DNA of 64,000 bases from Amoebidium appalachense (lineage: Eukaryota; Protista; Ichthyosporea), in contig CAVNZM010000021.1 in NCBI GenBank assembly GCA_963693365.1, positions 40,867 through 104,866 of the forward strand. The letters run 5' to 3'. Both the position numbers and the translations under genes were made by a program. Under the pieces are notes generated by a model that had not been told where the DNA came from, did not search any database, and was given only the letters and a program-made list of their open reading frames with translations. Each line of letters opens with the position of its first letter. Positions within the stretch are counted from its first letter, which is position 1. Positions 39,325 to 59,970 of the stretch are shown here, piece by piece.

Positions 39325-40147
39325 CATCTGGGCATGCAAATAATGCTAAGTGTGTGAGGCCGGGCATGCAAATATTGCTAAGTGTGTGAGGCCGGCCATG
39401 CAAAAAGTGTCTCTTCGGCAGGCCAAATAAATGCATCCGGGCATGCAAATAATGCTAAGTGTGTGAGGCCGGCCATGCAAAAAGTGTCTCTTCGGCAGGC
39501 CAAATAAATGCATCCGGGCATGCAAATAATGCTAAGTGTGTGAGGCCGGCCATGCAAATATTGCTAAGTGTGTGAGGCCGGCCATGCAAATAATGCTAAG
39601 TGTGTGAGGCCGGGCATGCAAATATTGCTAAGTGTGTGAGGCCGGCCATGCAAAAAGTGTCTCTTCGGCAGGCCAAATAAATGCATCCGGGCATGCAAAT
39701 AATGCTAAGTGTGTGAGGCCGGCCATGCAAATATTGCTAAGTGTGTGAGGCCGGGCATGCAAAAAGTGTCTCTTCGGCAGGCCAAATAAATGCATCCGGG
39801 CATGCAAATAATGCTAAGTGTGTGAGGCCGGCCATGCAAATATTGCTAAGTGTGTGAGGCCGGCCATGCAAAAAGTGTCTCTTCGGCAGGCCAAATAAAT
39901 GCATCCGGGCATGCAAATAATGCTAAGTGTGTGAGGCCGGCCATGCAAATATTGCTAAGTGTGTGAGGCCGGGCATGCAAAAAGTGTCTCTTCGGCAGGC
40001 CAAATAAATGCATCCGGGCATGCAAATAATGCTAAGTGTGTGAGGCCGGCCATGCAAATATTGCTAAGTGTGTGAGGCCGGGCATGCAAGAAGTGTCTCT
40101 TCGGCAGGCCAAATAAATGCATCCGGGCATGCAAATAATGCTAAGTG
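39325..40147 (+). repeat. Complex satellite A (gcatgcaaataatgctaagtgtgtgaggccg / aaaaagtgtctcttcggcaggccaaataaatgcatccgg)
   Basis: Shuffled subunits; the same family occurs inverted at 53250-54482. Confidence 0.95.
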
Positions 40148-40177
40148 CACACTACCCTATGTCGGGCCATTGCAACC

Positions 40178-47236
<7,059 letters not shown>

Positions 47237-47594
47237 GTTAATGGTTTGTGTGTGAGCGAGTTTATGTGCAAGCGAGTAGTAGAAAATCTTTGCTCGGAGT
47301 AAAGGGAAGTTTTGCTGTGGCTAAAAAAGTGTGAAGCGCTAAGACGTGACAGACTGTTGCCGAAAGTGGCAGACTGACGGGTGCGCGCATGGTCACATAG
47401 TTCGACCATTGGTATTTGAAGTAGGGTAAAAAGGTGTGCCTACATATGCGTATTTGAAGTAGGGTAAAAAGGTACTACCTCGGCCACCGATACCCGGTGC
47501 AGTCAGGCTACCACAATGCGAAAAAATGAGAAAAGTTTTATTATATGTTTTTCTTTTGTGTAGTGTACTTATCCATAAATATTTATTAATACAG

Positions 47595-47805
47595 CGTCAA
47601 TATATATAAGGCAGTGCGTCACTGCTTGCTTTGAAAAGCCTTGCCCCCCTCCAGACAGTTCTCAGAAGTTCACGTGATCCCACGAGCTGTCCCAATCGCT
47701 GTCCAGCCAATCAAAAAGACCCCGAATTAGCCCCCAATCGCTTTCCAGCCAATCAAAAGGACCCTGCATTAGCCCCCAATCGCTGTCCAGCCAATAAAAA
47801 GGATC
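47595..47805. promoter_or_regulatory. TATA-like motif and three tandem double-CCAAT repeats upstream of the JmjC gene
   Basis: tatatataag at ~47602; cccaatcgct..ccagccaat three times at ~40-bp spacing. Confidence 0.5.
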
Positions 47806-48396
47806 CTGAATTAACGTGTCTTCTGTGTTCATATTGTGTATAAACAAAATCATTAATACTTCATTGTAAAGATCTTATCCAGAAAGAATAATTTTGAATT
47901 TTAATAGATTTGATTGTGAAAGAATAATTTTGAATTTTAATAGATTTGATTGTAATTAAAGGGGTTTTTTATAATCCTTTTGACAGCGGGGCGTCAAAAA
48001 AAAACGGAAAAATTCAAAAGCCACTCATGGGGGGGGTAAAAGGGGTGCTATTCGAATGACCCGCGGCAACGGCATCCATGTACACAAGACTTGAATTATA
48101 AACATATGTAGGAAATAATACATCTGAATTATAATAGCCTATTGTGATTTTAAGTTTTTTTTTTAGAATCCCGGACAGTGGGGCATTAAAAAGTGTGAAA
48201 TTCAAGAGCCACTCATCGGAGGGAGGGCAAAAAGGGGTGTGAAATTCCGATTTTGCGCTATTTGAATGACCCGCGGCAAAGGCATCCCATGTTGATGTTT
48301 TTTGTTCGTTTTACACAATTGCTTGACTTGAATGAAATAAAATAACCGTAGATTTTTCGATTAACATTAATGTTGAGTTGTTATTTGTATCCATTG

Positions 48397-49663
48397 TTAA
48401 ATAAGCACGCTGACATGCCATGAGGCTCTTGCTTCTTGACAGCTCTCACATGACCACCAGTGCCCCAAAAGTTTATTGCTTTGTCCATTCCATGATGTGA
48501 GGAACTGGTGCCATTCGGCTATGTCGGCCCGGGCGGCAGCAGTCAGTCGTATGTGGTGGTGGCCGGCAAGGTGTGGGTGGGTCCGGAGAAGGGCCCATAG
48601 GCGCTGGGAGAAGGCCCTCCCGGGGGGAACCAGCTGGGCACACCAGGTGAGTTTGCCGAGGAGGGACTGGAGGTCCCGAATGGTGATGGTGGGCTTTGGG
48701 TGGGAAGTGAGGTCGAGTAGGTCCGAGAGCTTGGAAGCCGGGATTCGTGCCTCCATGGCGATGGAGTCGAATTCGATACCGATGAAGACGACACGGGTAG
48801 CCGGGCCCTGCATCTTGTCTTCGGAGATGGCAATGTGCAGCTCTCGGCAGAGTTGCAGAAAGGTGGATAGGTGACGTTGGCACTGCTGTTGTGTGGGGGC
48901 GACTATAATCCAGTCGTCTACGTAGTGGCGGATGAGGGTAATACCGTGCTGGTGTGCCAGCCACTGTAGGGTGGCCGCGATCCGTTCCCAGATGGCTGGG
49001 CTAGATTTCAGGCCGAAGGGCAGTCTGGTTTCAACGTAAAAATGCCCTTGCCATTTGAATGCCATTAAGTGGTGGTCTTCCGGTCGGATGGGCATGTGCC
49101 GGAAGGCAGCCTGCACATCTGCCACGGCCATGTAGCAGCCGGGGCCTGCGTCGAGAATGAGTTGGGTGACATCCCGGGCGCGAATGTACTGAAGTTCGTC
49201 GGGGTAGGTGATGCTGTCATTGACACTGCTACCCCGGGGCCAGGAGAGGTGGTGGATTCGACGGTACTTGGGGGGGTTCCCTTTCTTGGTAACGGCGCCG
49301 ATGGGGGAGGAACGGTGGACGGGAAATTCGTCAAAGAATTGGGCCGGGGAGAGGGGGCCGCGCAGGTGGCCGAGGGCGACTTCTTTGGCAATATCCACCG
49401 TGATAGCGGCAGCTGCCTCCGGGGTGGTGGGTAGGTTGGGGCCCACCCGAGAGGTGGAGGGGCCGCGATAGCCGATGTCGACGCCGAATTCGACATCGTG
49501 GAGGAGCTGTGCGGCGAATGGTTGGTCCTGGTAGGAGGCCAGCAGTTCCCGGAGGCGGGAGGTGTCAATGTGGTGCTGGGGCAGCGGGCGGGCCTCCGGG
49601 TCTGAGCCTCGGGGGAAGGGGGTGGTTAGCAAGGGTGGTGTACCCTTGGGGAGATCCCGGCAG

Positions 49664-49720
<57 letters not shown>

Positions 49721-49815
49721 CAGGGCCCCGGGGGGTTAGAGTAGGGCAGCTTGGCCCAAGTGAGGGTTGGCAGGGAGGGCAGCGGGGCCCTGTGCAGGGG
49801 AATGTGCCCGAGCAC
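48397..49815 (-). CDS. Ngaro/DIRS-type reverse transcriptase (truncated)
   Basis: SPIGAVTKK..KYRRIHHLSWP...SVND, ADVQAAFR, LPFGLKSSP, HYVDD, FIGIEFDS, LQSLLGKL. Confidence 0.9.
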
Positions 49816-51530
49816 GCGGGGGTGTGGGCGGACACAGCGGTAGAAGAAAGGGGGGGGGAGGGAGTGCTAGGTGAGTGTAAGGGGGGGAGGCTCGTGGGAT
49901 GGGGGGGGGGGGAGTAAAATTATGTGCAGTGGCCAGAATAAACGTCTTTGTATAGGGACATTTATTCTTGACGCGCGCGGGCGCCGTAGTTGGCCTGCGA
50001 AATTTTGTACTCAGCCCTATTGGCCCGTTCTCCCGAGCTCCGTTTCCCTGTACTCGTGTGTCCTAGCTCCGAACCCCTATGTTCTAGCTGTGTGTGTGGG
50101 TGTGCGCGTAGACTAGGCATTGTGCTTGCAGTCTTTGCGGGGGTGTGTGCCAGAGCAGAGCGGGCACACGTGGGAGAAGGGGCAGGGCTGCTTAGCGCAG
50201 GACCGACCGTTAATGTGGAAATTCCTGCAGTGCGTCGCGGGTAGATCCACGGGTCGGGCCGGTTTGGCCGGGCCGGGTTGCGGGCCAGGGCGGTTAGGGG
50301 TGTGACCCCCGCCGGGCTTGTGGGGCGGCTTAAAGCCGTCAAGACCACAGCCGGGCTTGGGGTACATGGGGCAGGCCGCGCTGGGGTGGTCGGGGAAGCC
50401 ACAGCGCTGACATGCGTCCTGGATGAGCAGGGTGGGTGGCAGGAGGAGATCCTGGTGGAGTTGGGCGAGCAGGTTGGGGCACTCGATCGGAGCCCGACCC
50501 TGCTGGTGGGCCACGGTGCGGGCGTATACGTCATAGTTGTGGATCTGGGCCCACGGGTATCGGGTGCTGAGGCGAGTGATGTGCTGAGTCCAAAGTACGT
50601 CTTTGTCCGTGGGAAGGCCGAGGTGGTGCTTGGCGGCCATGTAATGGGTCCAAGCTTGGATCCAAATGACGAGTGAACGCAGGGGAACGGGTTTGTCTTG
50701 GCGAAAAGTCTCGATGCTGCCGTCGTCGGCCATGCGCAGATGCTGACCTTTCTTGGATGGGGCCAGGAGGTGCGGGGGTGAACTTATACAGGTCGACGAA
50801 ACGATTGGCGCGCAAATCTGCCAGCACATCCGCGGGGGGAAGCGGGAGTGTGCCCGGCTGAATGTCGCCAGTGTTCTCACCTGTGATGGGGGGCGCGGGC
50901 AGGGCAGGCAGGTCAAGGTCAGGGCCGAGATGCAGCCCCGGGGAAACCTCCCCGGGTGTGGAGGGCGCGGCGGGGGGCGCGGGAGGGTCGCGGTTGGTGA
51001 GAGCAGCCAGGACGCCAGCCATCTGGGTGCTGATGGCGGTGAGGGCGGCCAGGACGGCGTCTTGAGAAGTCATCTGCGGGGACGGCGGGGCCTGAGGGGG
51101 GACTTCAGGGGTGGAGGGGAGAGTAGCCGGCGGGTCCGGGTCCGTGGTGGTATGGGCCGCTGGAGGCGCGTCAGTGTCCGCGGGAGCGTTGGTCAGCCTG
51201 TGGCGGAGGTCGCTGCGGGTCAGGCGCTTAGGTGCCGCGGCAGGGGCGGCGGCTGAGGCCTGGCGCTTTTTCGGCGGCATGCTGACCGGCGTAGGGAAAG
51301 ATAGGGAGAATGAAAAGGAGTGAAAAGGAATATATAGCTGTAAGGCTGTGGATGCTAAACACAGAAGATGTGTTTGTAGCTTGCTGATCTGCTAAAAACT
51401 GTCGTGCTTATATACCTAAGGCTACCGAACTGAGCCAATCAAAAATCGATCTAGTGATATGTGAAATCTGATCCGAGCCAATCATAACTCGGTCTAGTGA
51501 TCTGTGGTATCTGATGTTTTGACTGGCTAA
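48470..51530 (-). mobile_element. 3'-truncated Ngaro/DIRS-type tyrosine-recombinase retrotransposon (ends approximate)
   Basis: gag-like ORF followed by DIRS-class RT; RNase H and YR are missing. Confidence 0.8.
50113..51280 (-). CDS. Ngaro-type ORF1/gag with zinc fingers (frameshift near 50760)
   Basis: MPPKKR start; RFVDL; WIQAWTHY..YPW..YD..R; CQRCGFPDHPSAAC; CRNFH...C....CPFSHVCPLC...H....C. Confidence 0.8.
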
Positions 51531-52044
51531 TAGGTGCCCGTGTGCGGGCAGCCAACCGCTAACTGCTAAAACACGAAATGAAGCCTACATGGTTATGTTG
51601 GTATCGAACACCCATCCTATGTGTTTACCCAGAAAAATATTTATGTCAATAATTTCCACAAATAAAACCCAATCCAAGGTCATGCGCATCTTCTAGAAAA
51701 CACATGCTGAGCTGCCCACAACAAGATGCAGTTGTACCTCTGAAAGTAAATCCATAGGGCTTCGCGCTGTTCCCTATGAATTTACTTTCAATGTTGAGCC
51801 AAAACCATTATAAGTAAAAAAAAACGTTAAAAAATGCAGTCAAGCCAATTCACGTACTCATAATTTGGACAACCGAATCGACCACCATTTAGATCCGCGA
51901 GTATTGTCTGTTGGAGCTCGGGCTACCATTTAGATCCGCGAGTAAGATGTCCGTTGGAGCTCGGGCTATAAAAAGGCAATCCAACTGATATCGGGTCATT
52001 TTCGCTCACTCTCACCTCGAATATCCTTTCTTTTGTTCTTAGTC

Positions 52045-52850
52045 ATGTCAGACCCTGATCGTGAAGATTTGGAGTCGGGGCACACTGGCCCCAAGTCTCC
52101 TCGTGGTACTGACCCCAAGTCTCGTGGTGAAATCGAAGAGGGGGGGGGAGGGTGGGGGGACGTTCTGTGTTACCCCCGAGATGTGGGACAACCTTTGCAG
52201 TCGGGTCGGTGTGGTTGAGGAGCAGCTCGAGTCGTTGTCCGGCGACGTGCAGAAAGTTTCGGAGAAAGTTCTTTCTCAGAATGAAACTCTGGCACGCCAG
52301 AACGAGGCTCTACAACAGTCTGCAACATCATGATCGTGTGCAAGGGACATTGAAGATATGCACGAACGTATGGCCCGTGGGTACGGTAATGTTGGGGGGC
52401 TTGTGCGGGAGCTGAAGAAGACTCGGGAGGCTCTTGAGGCAAGGGAGGTCGAGTTGGCGAGTGCGAAGGCCAGGGCTGAAGAGTACAAGATTCAGCGTGA
52501 CAGGCTGTCTGCCCGTGTCGACGACAACCCGATGAGTGCTGTTTACCGGCCTGCTAACGCCCCGCCCCGGGGGGGAGGGGGGGCCCACACCCGACGAGAC
52601 CCGCAAAGGCCGCAAGTCCCCCTCCCCCCCGTCCACCTTTGACCCCCGGCCCCCCATCCCCCCGGCCACCTTCGACCCCCGGCCCCCCGTCCCCCCGGCC
52701 ACCTCCGGCCCCCGTCCCCCCGTCACCCGTGTCGTTCTGGGAGCCCCCCCCATGGTTTTGGCTACCCCTCGCACCTCGGGCACCCCGAAGGGTAAGAGAG
52801 GCCATGAAGATGTCGAGCATGACCCCAAGAGACACGCGCCCAGCAAGTAG
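52045..52850 (+). pseudogene. Coiled-coil, Pro-rich protein with NLS-like tail; several frameshifts
   Basis: TATAAAA at 51967 and ATG at 52045; consecutive frames give VEEQLESLSGDVQKV, LVRELKKTREALEARE and PKGKRGHED..PKRH*. Confidence 0.5.
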
Positions 52851-53249
52851 TGTGTTCGGTGTGGGGTTTTTGGTGTCCTTTTGTGTCGTGCATTGTGTGT
52901 GGGGGGGTGTTTAGTTTATTTTTGTTATGATTGTGATGAACGGGACGGCAATATATATTTTATAGTTCTGATTTAGATATTTTTGTTATGATTGTGAATA
53001 ACAGGACGGCAATAAATATTTTCGTTGTATACTATGTGCCATTCCGTCTTTCTCGACACAAAAAACACCCCACACACCGAACACTAGCACGGCACAAGCA
53101 CCCCCCCACACCGAACACTAGCACAACAAAAACCCCACACCGAACACTAGCACGGCACAAGCACCCCCCACACCGAACACTAGCACAACAAAACCCCCCA
53201 TACCGAACACAACACCAACACAAGCACCCCCACACCGAACACAACACCA

Positions 53250-54482
53250 ACGACACTTTTTGCATGCCCGGCCTCACACTTAGCATTATTTGCATGGCCG
53301 GCCTCACACACTTAGCATTATTTGCATAAGAGACACTTTTTGCATGCCCGGCCTCACACACTTAGCATTATTTGCATGCCCGGATGCATTTATTTGGCCT
53401 GCCGAAGAGACACTTTTTGCATGCCCGGCCTCACACTTAGCAATATTTGCATGCCCGGCCTCACACACTTAGCATTATTTGCATGCCCGGATGCATTTAT
53501 TTGGCCTGCCGAAGAGACACTTTTTGCATGCCCGGATGCATTTATTTGGCCTGCCGAAGAGACACTTTTTGCATGCCCGGCCTCACACTTAGCAATATTT
53601 GCATGCCCGGCCTCACACTTAGCATTATTTGCATGGCCGGCCTCACACACTTAGCATTATTTGCATAAGAGACACTTTTTGCATGCCCGGCCTCACACAC
53701 TTAGCATTATTTGCATGCCCGGATGCATTTATTTGGCCTGCCGAAGAGACACTTTTTGCATGCCCGGCCTCACACTTAGCAATATTTGCATGCCCGGCCT
53801 CACACACTTAGCATTATTTGCATGCCCGGATGCATTTATTTGGCCTGCCGAAGAGACACTTTTTGCATGCCCGGATGCATTTATTTGGCCTGCCGAAGAG
53901 ACACTTTTTGCATGCCCGGCCTCACACACTTAGCATTATTTGCATGCCCGGATGCATTTATTTGGCCTGCCGAAGAGACACTTTTTGCATGCCCGGCCTC
54001 ACACTTAGCACTATTTGCATGCCCGGCCTCACACACTTAGCATTATTTGCATGCCCGGATGCATTTATTTGGCCTGCCGAAGAGACACTTTTTGCATGCC
54101 CGCATGCATTTATTTGGCCTGCCGAAGAGACACTTTTTGCATGCCCGGCCTCACACTTAGCAATATTTGCATGGCCGGCCTCACACACTTAGCATTATTT
54201 GCATGCCCGGATGCATTTATTTGGCCTGCCGAAGAGACACTTTTTGCATGCCCGGCCTCACACTTAGCAATATTTGCATGGCCGGCCTCACACACTTAGC
54301 ATTATTTGCATGCCCGGATGCATTTATTTGGCCTGCCGAAGAGACACTTTTTGCATGCCCGGCCTCACACTTAGCAATATTTGCATGCCCGGCCTCACAC
54401 TTAGCAATATTTGCATGCCCGGCCTCACACACTTAGCATTATTTGCATGCCCGGCCTCACACACTTAGCATTATTTGCATGC
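53250..54482 (-). repeat. Complex satellite A, inverted relative to 39325-40147
   Basis: cggcctcacacacttagcattatttgcatg and ccggatgcatttatttggcctgccgaagagacac are reverse complements of the left array units. Confidence 0.95.
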
Positions 54483-55586
54483 CCCACCCCCACCCCCCCC
54501 CACCTTCCCCCCCCCCCCACACCCACCCCCCCCCCCCCCCCCCACCCACCCACCCCCCCCCGTGTGCCACCCGTGCCACGTGTGTCTCCCAGTCACGTGC
54601 ACCACGCCCCCAGTGGTGGCAGTGAGTGTCTTAATAGTGCCTTGCCAGCTGCGCCTTCCTCACCTGCCCCCCTGCCCCAGCCGTCCAGCCAGCCTCCCGC
54701 CCTGCCGGAACCACGCCCCCAGTGGTGGCAGCGTGTGCTTTATCAGTCAAATAGTCTCACTGTGAGTGCCCCCCCGGCCCCCCGGCCCCCCGGCCCCCCA
54801 TCCTCCCCGGCCCCCCATCCTCCCGGAACCAGGCCCCCAGTGGAGTCTCTTAGTATACGTGACCATGGCCATATGCATACATAACATTTTTTCATGCTGT
54901 GAGGGGCATGCCAGTCTCCCCTGCTCCCCTGCCTCCCCTGCCTCCCTGCCTCCCCTGCACGTGTGCCCCCCCTGCTGCCCGGAACCAGGCCCCCAGTGGT
55001 GGCATCAGGCCCCCCCGTGCCGGCATACCTCACCTGCCCCCGTGCCCCCCGCCCTCCCGGAACCAGGCCCCCCAGTGGTGGCAGTGTGTGTCTTACAAGC
55101 TAGTGATTTGCTATTATATGGCCACATGGCCACATGGCCAGATCATTTTGGCTCCCGTTTTACCCCGTTTTATCCACATTTTTGCACACACTGAATTTGA
55201 TCTGGCCATCTGGCCATCTGGGTATAGACCGTTTTCTGTTCTAATATTGGAGAACTGTCTGATAGTGATAGAAAATGAAATGTGGAAGAATAATCGGGAA
55301 AGGTCGTCACGTGATAGATTTTCGGAAGTGATCTACTGGACAGAGCGAAGCAAGACTCCCGGGGTTTCATAACAGGCAGCCATCGGCAAGACGCAGCCGT
55401 GACAGTTCAGAGGAAAAACTGCCCTAACTAATTTCGGCTCAGCCATTAAGATTTTAAAACGGGCCAAACTGTTGCCGGGATGACGGGGTCTGAAATCTGC
55501 GAAACCGGTTGCCACAGGCAGGCACTGCCGTGCGCGGCACGCTAGCTGCATGATCTACGTGGTGCTAGACCCAGTTTGATTGGCCC

Positions 55587-55636
<50 letters not shown>

Positions 55637-56011
55637 TCTGCCCGTGCGTGGCCCCAGCGGCGCAACTTGCCCAGCAGGCCTGGACCCCAATGAGGGCAAG
55701 GGAATACACAGTAAATTTTTTGAAATTCGCACATGTTTTCCTCGGCCTGGAAACAGCCGGAGTGGTGCCCCAACACGGCAAGGGCGTGGTTGTGTGGGGC
55801 CTCGACGTGGTGCGCGCGTTATTGGAGTGACTGGGGTGGTGCTTGACGTGGTGCGCGCGTGATTGGAGTGACTGGGGTGGTGCTTGACGTGGTGCGCGCG
55901 TGATTGGAGTGACTGGGGTGGTGCTTGATGTGGTGGGGGGGGGGGGGGGGGGGGGGGGCGGGCACCTACGCGCCATAGGCGGGAGAGCGCTGCCCCCCCC
56001 CCCCCCCCCCG

Positions 56012-56054
56012 CCCCCTTTGGGCCCCCGAGCATGCGTATGCTCGGGGGCCCAAA

Positions 56055-56058
<4 letters not shown>
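56012..56058. other. Perfect GC-rich hairpin
   Basis: cccctttgggcccccgagcat-gcgt-atgctcgggggcccaaagggg, extendable by flanking poly-C and poly-G. Confidence 0.8.
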
Positions 56059-56100
<42 letters not shown>

Positions 56101-56424
56101 CGGGCGCCTACGTGCCGTAGGCGGGAGAGCGCTTGCGCGCTCTTGGGGCGCTTACGCGCCATGACGTTCGCTCTTGGGACGCTTACACGCCATAATGTTC
56201 ACGGGCATGGTCTCCCCGGCGGTCCCCCGAAACCCCCCTTCAGGAGTCGCCATCTTACATTACAATTTTTTTGCGCGTCCCCCAAAACTCGTTAAATTTA
56301 AATTTTAATGTTTTTTTCTGATTGGGCACCGGGCCCGTTACAGGTCCTAATTCACACACGCGCGCTATATTATAATTTTTAACGTTTTGTTCTGATTGGG
56401 CCGGACATGTTACAGGTCCTAATT

Positions 56425-56780
56425 GCGCATGTGCAGGCAGCTCCATATTTGACAATTCAGCACCTGGCTGGTTACAGGCGGTAACGTGCATGTGCAGGCA
56501 GCTCCATATTTGACAAAGTATAACAAGGCAATGTTACAGGCGGTAACGTGCATGTGCAGGCAGCTCCATATTTGACAATTCAGCACCTGGCTGGTTACAG
56601 GCGGTAACGTGCATGTGCAGGCAGCTCCATATTTGACAAAGTTAAGCAAGGCAATGCTGTGGGTGCATGTGCAGGCAGGCCCGGATTTGACAAAGCAAAA
56701 CCAGGGCATGTTGCAGGTCCCAATTGTGCATGTGCAGGCAGGCCCGGGTCTGACAAAGCAAAAACAGGGCATGTTGCAGG
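56425..56780. repeat. ~60-bp degenerate tandem repeat
   Basis: gcatgtgcaggcagctccatatttgacaa recurs about 6 times. Confidence 0.85.
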
Positions 56781-58106
56781 ACATGATCGTGCATATCAGC
56801 GCCATTGCACTACAGCCCCAAAGCCCGGCCCTTCCACCTCCACGACACCATCAAGCACAACATGGCACCCTCGGTGGCCGGGGTCCCCTCCAACTGCACA
56901 CACAGCTGCGGCGTAATGCAAAGTCCTTGTTCCCGCGCGCGATGCTCACTCGGTTCTGGTGCACCGGGCACCACGGGTTGTGGGGACAGCCCCTTTCCAC
57001 ATCCGTCACGCCGACGGCAACGGGCCTCTCATAGACAGTCTGCCGGGTCTGCACAGGGGCTCCGAGTTCTTCTCCCTTGCTGTCTTCGGCCTCCAAATCC
57101 CCTCTCCTCTCCACCACCACCATGCGGCCCGTGCCTGCACTCAATCCCGCCAGCGTGTCCACCACCTCCGGCCACGACACACCCGCACTGTGCTGGGCTA
57201 TGAACCGCAGGTGCAGTGGCCACGAGTGACGGGGCGCACGCACCAGGGAAGGCAGCAGCAGGCCGGACATGGTTGCACTTGGAAGAGGCACAGAAAAAAA
57301 AACAACGGTGGCTGCACCGGGTCTGGCTTTTGCACTCACACCGGACGGCTCTGTCAAATTTCAGCCCCTCCCCCAATATACCCCACCCTTCCCAGCACAA
57401 AACGTCCACATGGGCCGGCCTTTTTCTGCTCCTCGGCAACTGTGAACTCCTCCTTGCACTTCCGCCAGCCTGTGAACCACACACGGCACACACCACTGGC
57501 ACAGTCTGGGTCGTGGGACTGGGCCATGGTTCCTCTGCACATGCACAGAAAAAAATACGGGGGAGGGGGGGGGGGGGGGGGGGGGAGGGGGGAGGGGGAA
57601 CACACACCCCACAAAATAAAAAATGAAAATAAAAAATGAAAATAAAAATAAAATAAAAATAAAAATAAAAAACATACAGGCACGCCCACGTCCACCCCTT
57701 CCCCCCCCGGGCCACACCCACAAAAAGCAATAAACAAACAATAAGAACAAAAACAAAAACACACAAGCACCACCCCAGTCACTCCAATCACGCGCGCACC
57801 ACATCAAGCACCACCCCAGTCACTCCAATCACGCGCGCACCACGTCAAGCACCACCCCAGTCACTCCAATTACGCGCGCACCACGTCAAGCACCACCCCA
57901 GTCACTCCAATAACGCGCGCACCACGTCGAGGCCCCACACAACCACGCCCTTGCCGTGTTGGGGCACCACTCCGGCAGTTTCCAGGCCGAGGAAAACATG
58001 TGCGAATTTCAAAAAATTTACTGTGTATTCCCTTGCCCTCATTGGGGCCCAGGCCTGCTGGGCAAGTTGTGCCGCTGGGGCCACGCACGGGCAGACACTG
58101 CCCCCC

Positions 58107-58137
<31 letters not shown>

Positions 58138-58439
58138 ACACACACACGGGCCAATCAAACTGGGTCTAGCACCATGTAGATCATGCAGCTACCGGGGTGG
58201 CTGCGTGCCGCGCACGGCAGTGCCTGCCTGTGGCAACCGGTTTCGCAGATTTCAGACCCCGTCATCCCGGCAACAGTTTGGCCCGTTTTAAAATCTTAAT
58301 GGCTGAGCCGAAATTAGTTAGGGCAGTTTTTCATCTTGTCACGGCTGCGTCTTGCCGATGGCTGCCTGTTATGAAACCCCGGGAGCCACCAGTCTGCACA
58401 GCCAGTTCGCCCCTAGGCCTCAGGGCAAAAAAAAAAAAC

Positions 58440-58878
58440 ATGGCAAGAAAAAAAGAAAAAGACAAGAGGGCTGTGCGAGCGCTGCCACAAGGAGGTGCGT
58501 GCGCAACCTGTAGCGACAGGGAGGGGGAAACGATATACGGCCTCTGCACTCTTTGCAGCCTTCTAAGCAAATGCCCAAAATGCACAAAAAACGTGCCCAG
58601 CTGGTGCCCGGAAGAGGGGTGCAAGGAGTGTTTGCAGTGGCACAAGGATGCGCCTACACGCTTTGAAAACGAAGACAAGGCATGGTATTTCAGGACACAC
58701 GTAGGCAGGCAGCGGGCGGACAGCGACGTGCCGTGCAAGGACGGGTGCAGGTTTTTGGAGGTGTGGGACAAGGACTGTCGGGCACGGCTGTTGAAGGCAG
58801 CCGGCAACGCGCTGGTGTGTGCCAAACTCAGACGGAGCACGGCCCCCCCAAAGAAACGTGCCCGTTTCGAGGAAAATG
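58440..58878 (+). CDS. Probable first exon of a Cys-rich (zinc-binding) nuclear protein
   Basis: AAAACATG start; several CxxC pairs; PPKKRAR NLS; GTAGGC donor followed by a CT-rich repeat. Confidence 0.5.
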
Positions 58879-58924
58879 GTAGGCAATCTACCCCCGACTT
58901 TGGAACAGCCGCGCATCTTGTCCC

Positions 58925-59732
58925 TTCTCCCTCTCTCTCCCTCTCTCCCCCAGGGCCTCTCTGTCTCAACAAAGCATTGCTGGGCTCTCTTCCCTGCCTC
59001 CTCCCCTTCCCCTGCCGCGGCCGCGCATCTTCAAGTTCTCCTTTCTCCCTCTCTCTCCCTCTCTCCCCCTCTCTCTCTCCCTCTCTCTCTCCCCCTCTCT
59101 GTCTCAACGGAGCATTGCTGGGCTCTCTTCCCTGCCTCCCTCCCTCTCTCTCCCTCTCTCCCCCCCTCTCTGTCTCGACGAAGCATTGCCGGGCTCTCTT
59201 CCCTGCCGGCCTCCCCCTTCCCCTGCCGCGCATCTTCAAGTTCTCCTTTCTCCCTCCCTCTCCCTCCCTCTCTCCCCCTCTCTGTCTCGACGAAGCATTG
59301 CTGGGCCCTCTTCCCTGCCTCCTCCCCTTCCCCTGCCGAGCATCTTCGAGTTCTCCTTTCTCCCCTCTCTCTCCCCCTCTCTCCCCCTCTCTCTCTCCCC
59401 CTCTCTGTCTCAACGGAGCATTGCTGGGCTCTCTTCCCTGCCTCCCTCCCTCTCTCTCCCTCTCTCCCCCCCCCTCTCTCCCTCCCTCTCTCCCCCTCTC
59501 TGTCTCGACGAAGCATTGCTGGGCTCTCTTCCCTGCCGGCCTCCCCCTTCCCCTGCCGCGCATCTTCAAGTTCTCCTGTCTCTCTCTCTCCCTCCCTCCC
59601 CCCCCCCCCCTCTCTCTCCCTCTCCCTCCCTCTCTTTCTCTCTCTCTCTCTCCCTCCCTCCCCCCCCCCCCCCCCCCCCCCCCTCTCTCTCTCTCTCTCT
59701 CCCTCCTTCAAAGTTCCCCCCCCCCCTCTCCC

Positions 59733-59774
<42 letters not shown>

Positions 59775-59813
59775 CCTCTCTCTCCCCCTCCCTCCCCCCC
59801 CCCCCCCCCTCTC

Positions 59814-59859
<46 letters not shown>

Positions 59860-59878
59860 CCCCCCCCCCCTCCCTCCC

Positions 59879-59966
<88 letters not shown>

Positions 59967-59970
59967 CTTT
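58925..59970. repeat. CT-rich minisatellite and microsatellite
   Basis: ctctctgtctc..aagcattgctgggctctcttccctgcc units followed by (CT)n and poly-C. Confidence 0.9.

Larger units (their letters stand above)
55356..58385. mobile_element. Foldback-like structure: ~600-bp inverted repeats (55356-55933 / 57764-58385) around ~1.8 kb
   Basis: ctcccggggtttcataacaggcagccatcggcaagacgcagccgtgaca.. is mirrored at 58385; the inner ends carry 40-bp tandem repeats. No transposase or TSD seen. Confidence 0.7.

Noticed and set aside
47880-48290. Short AT-rich tandem and dispersed duplications (also 39158-39325 and 51884-51967)
   Set aside because: They are real but small local duplications with no link to a definable element.
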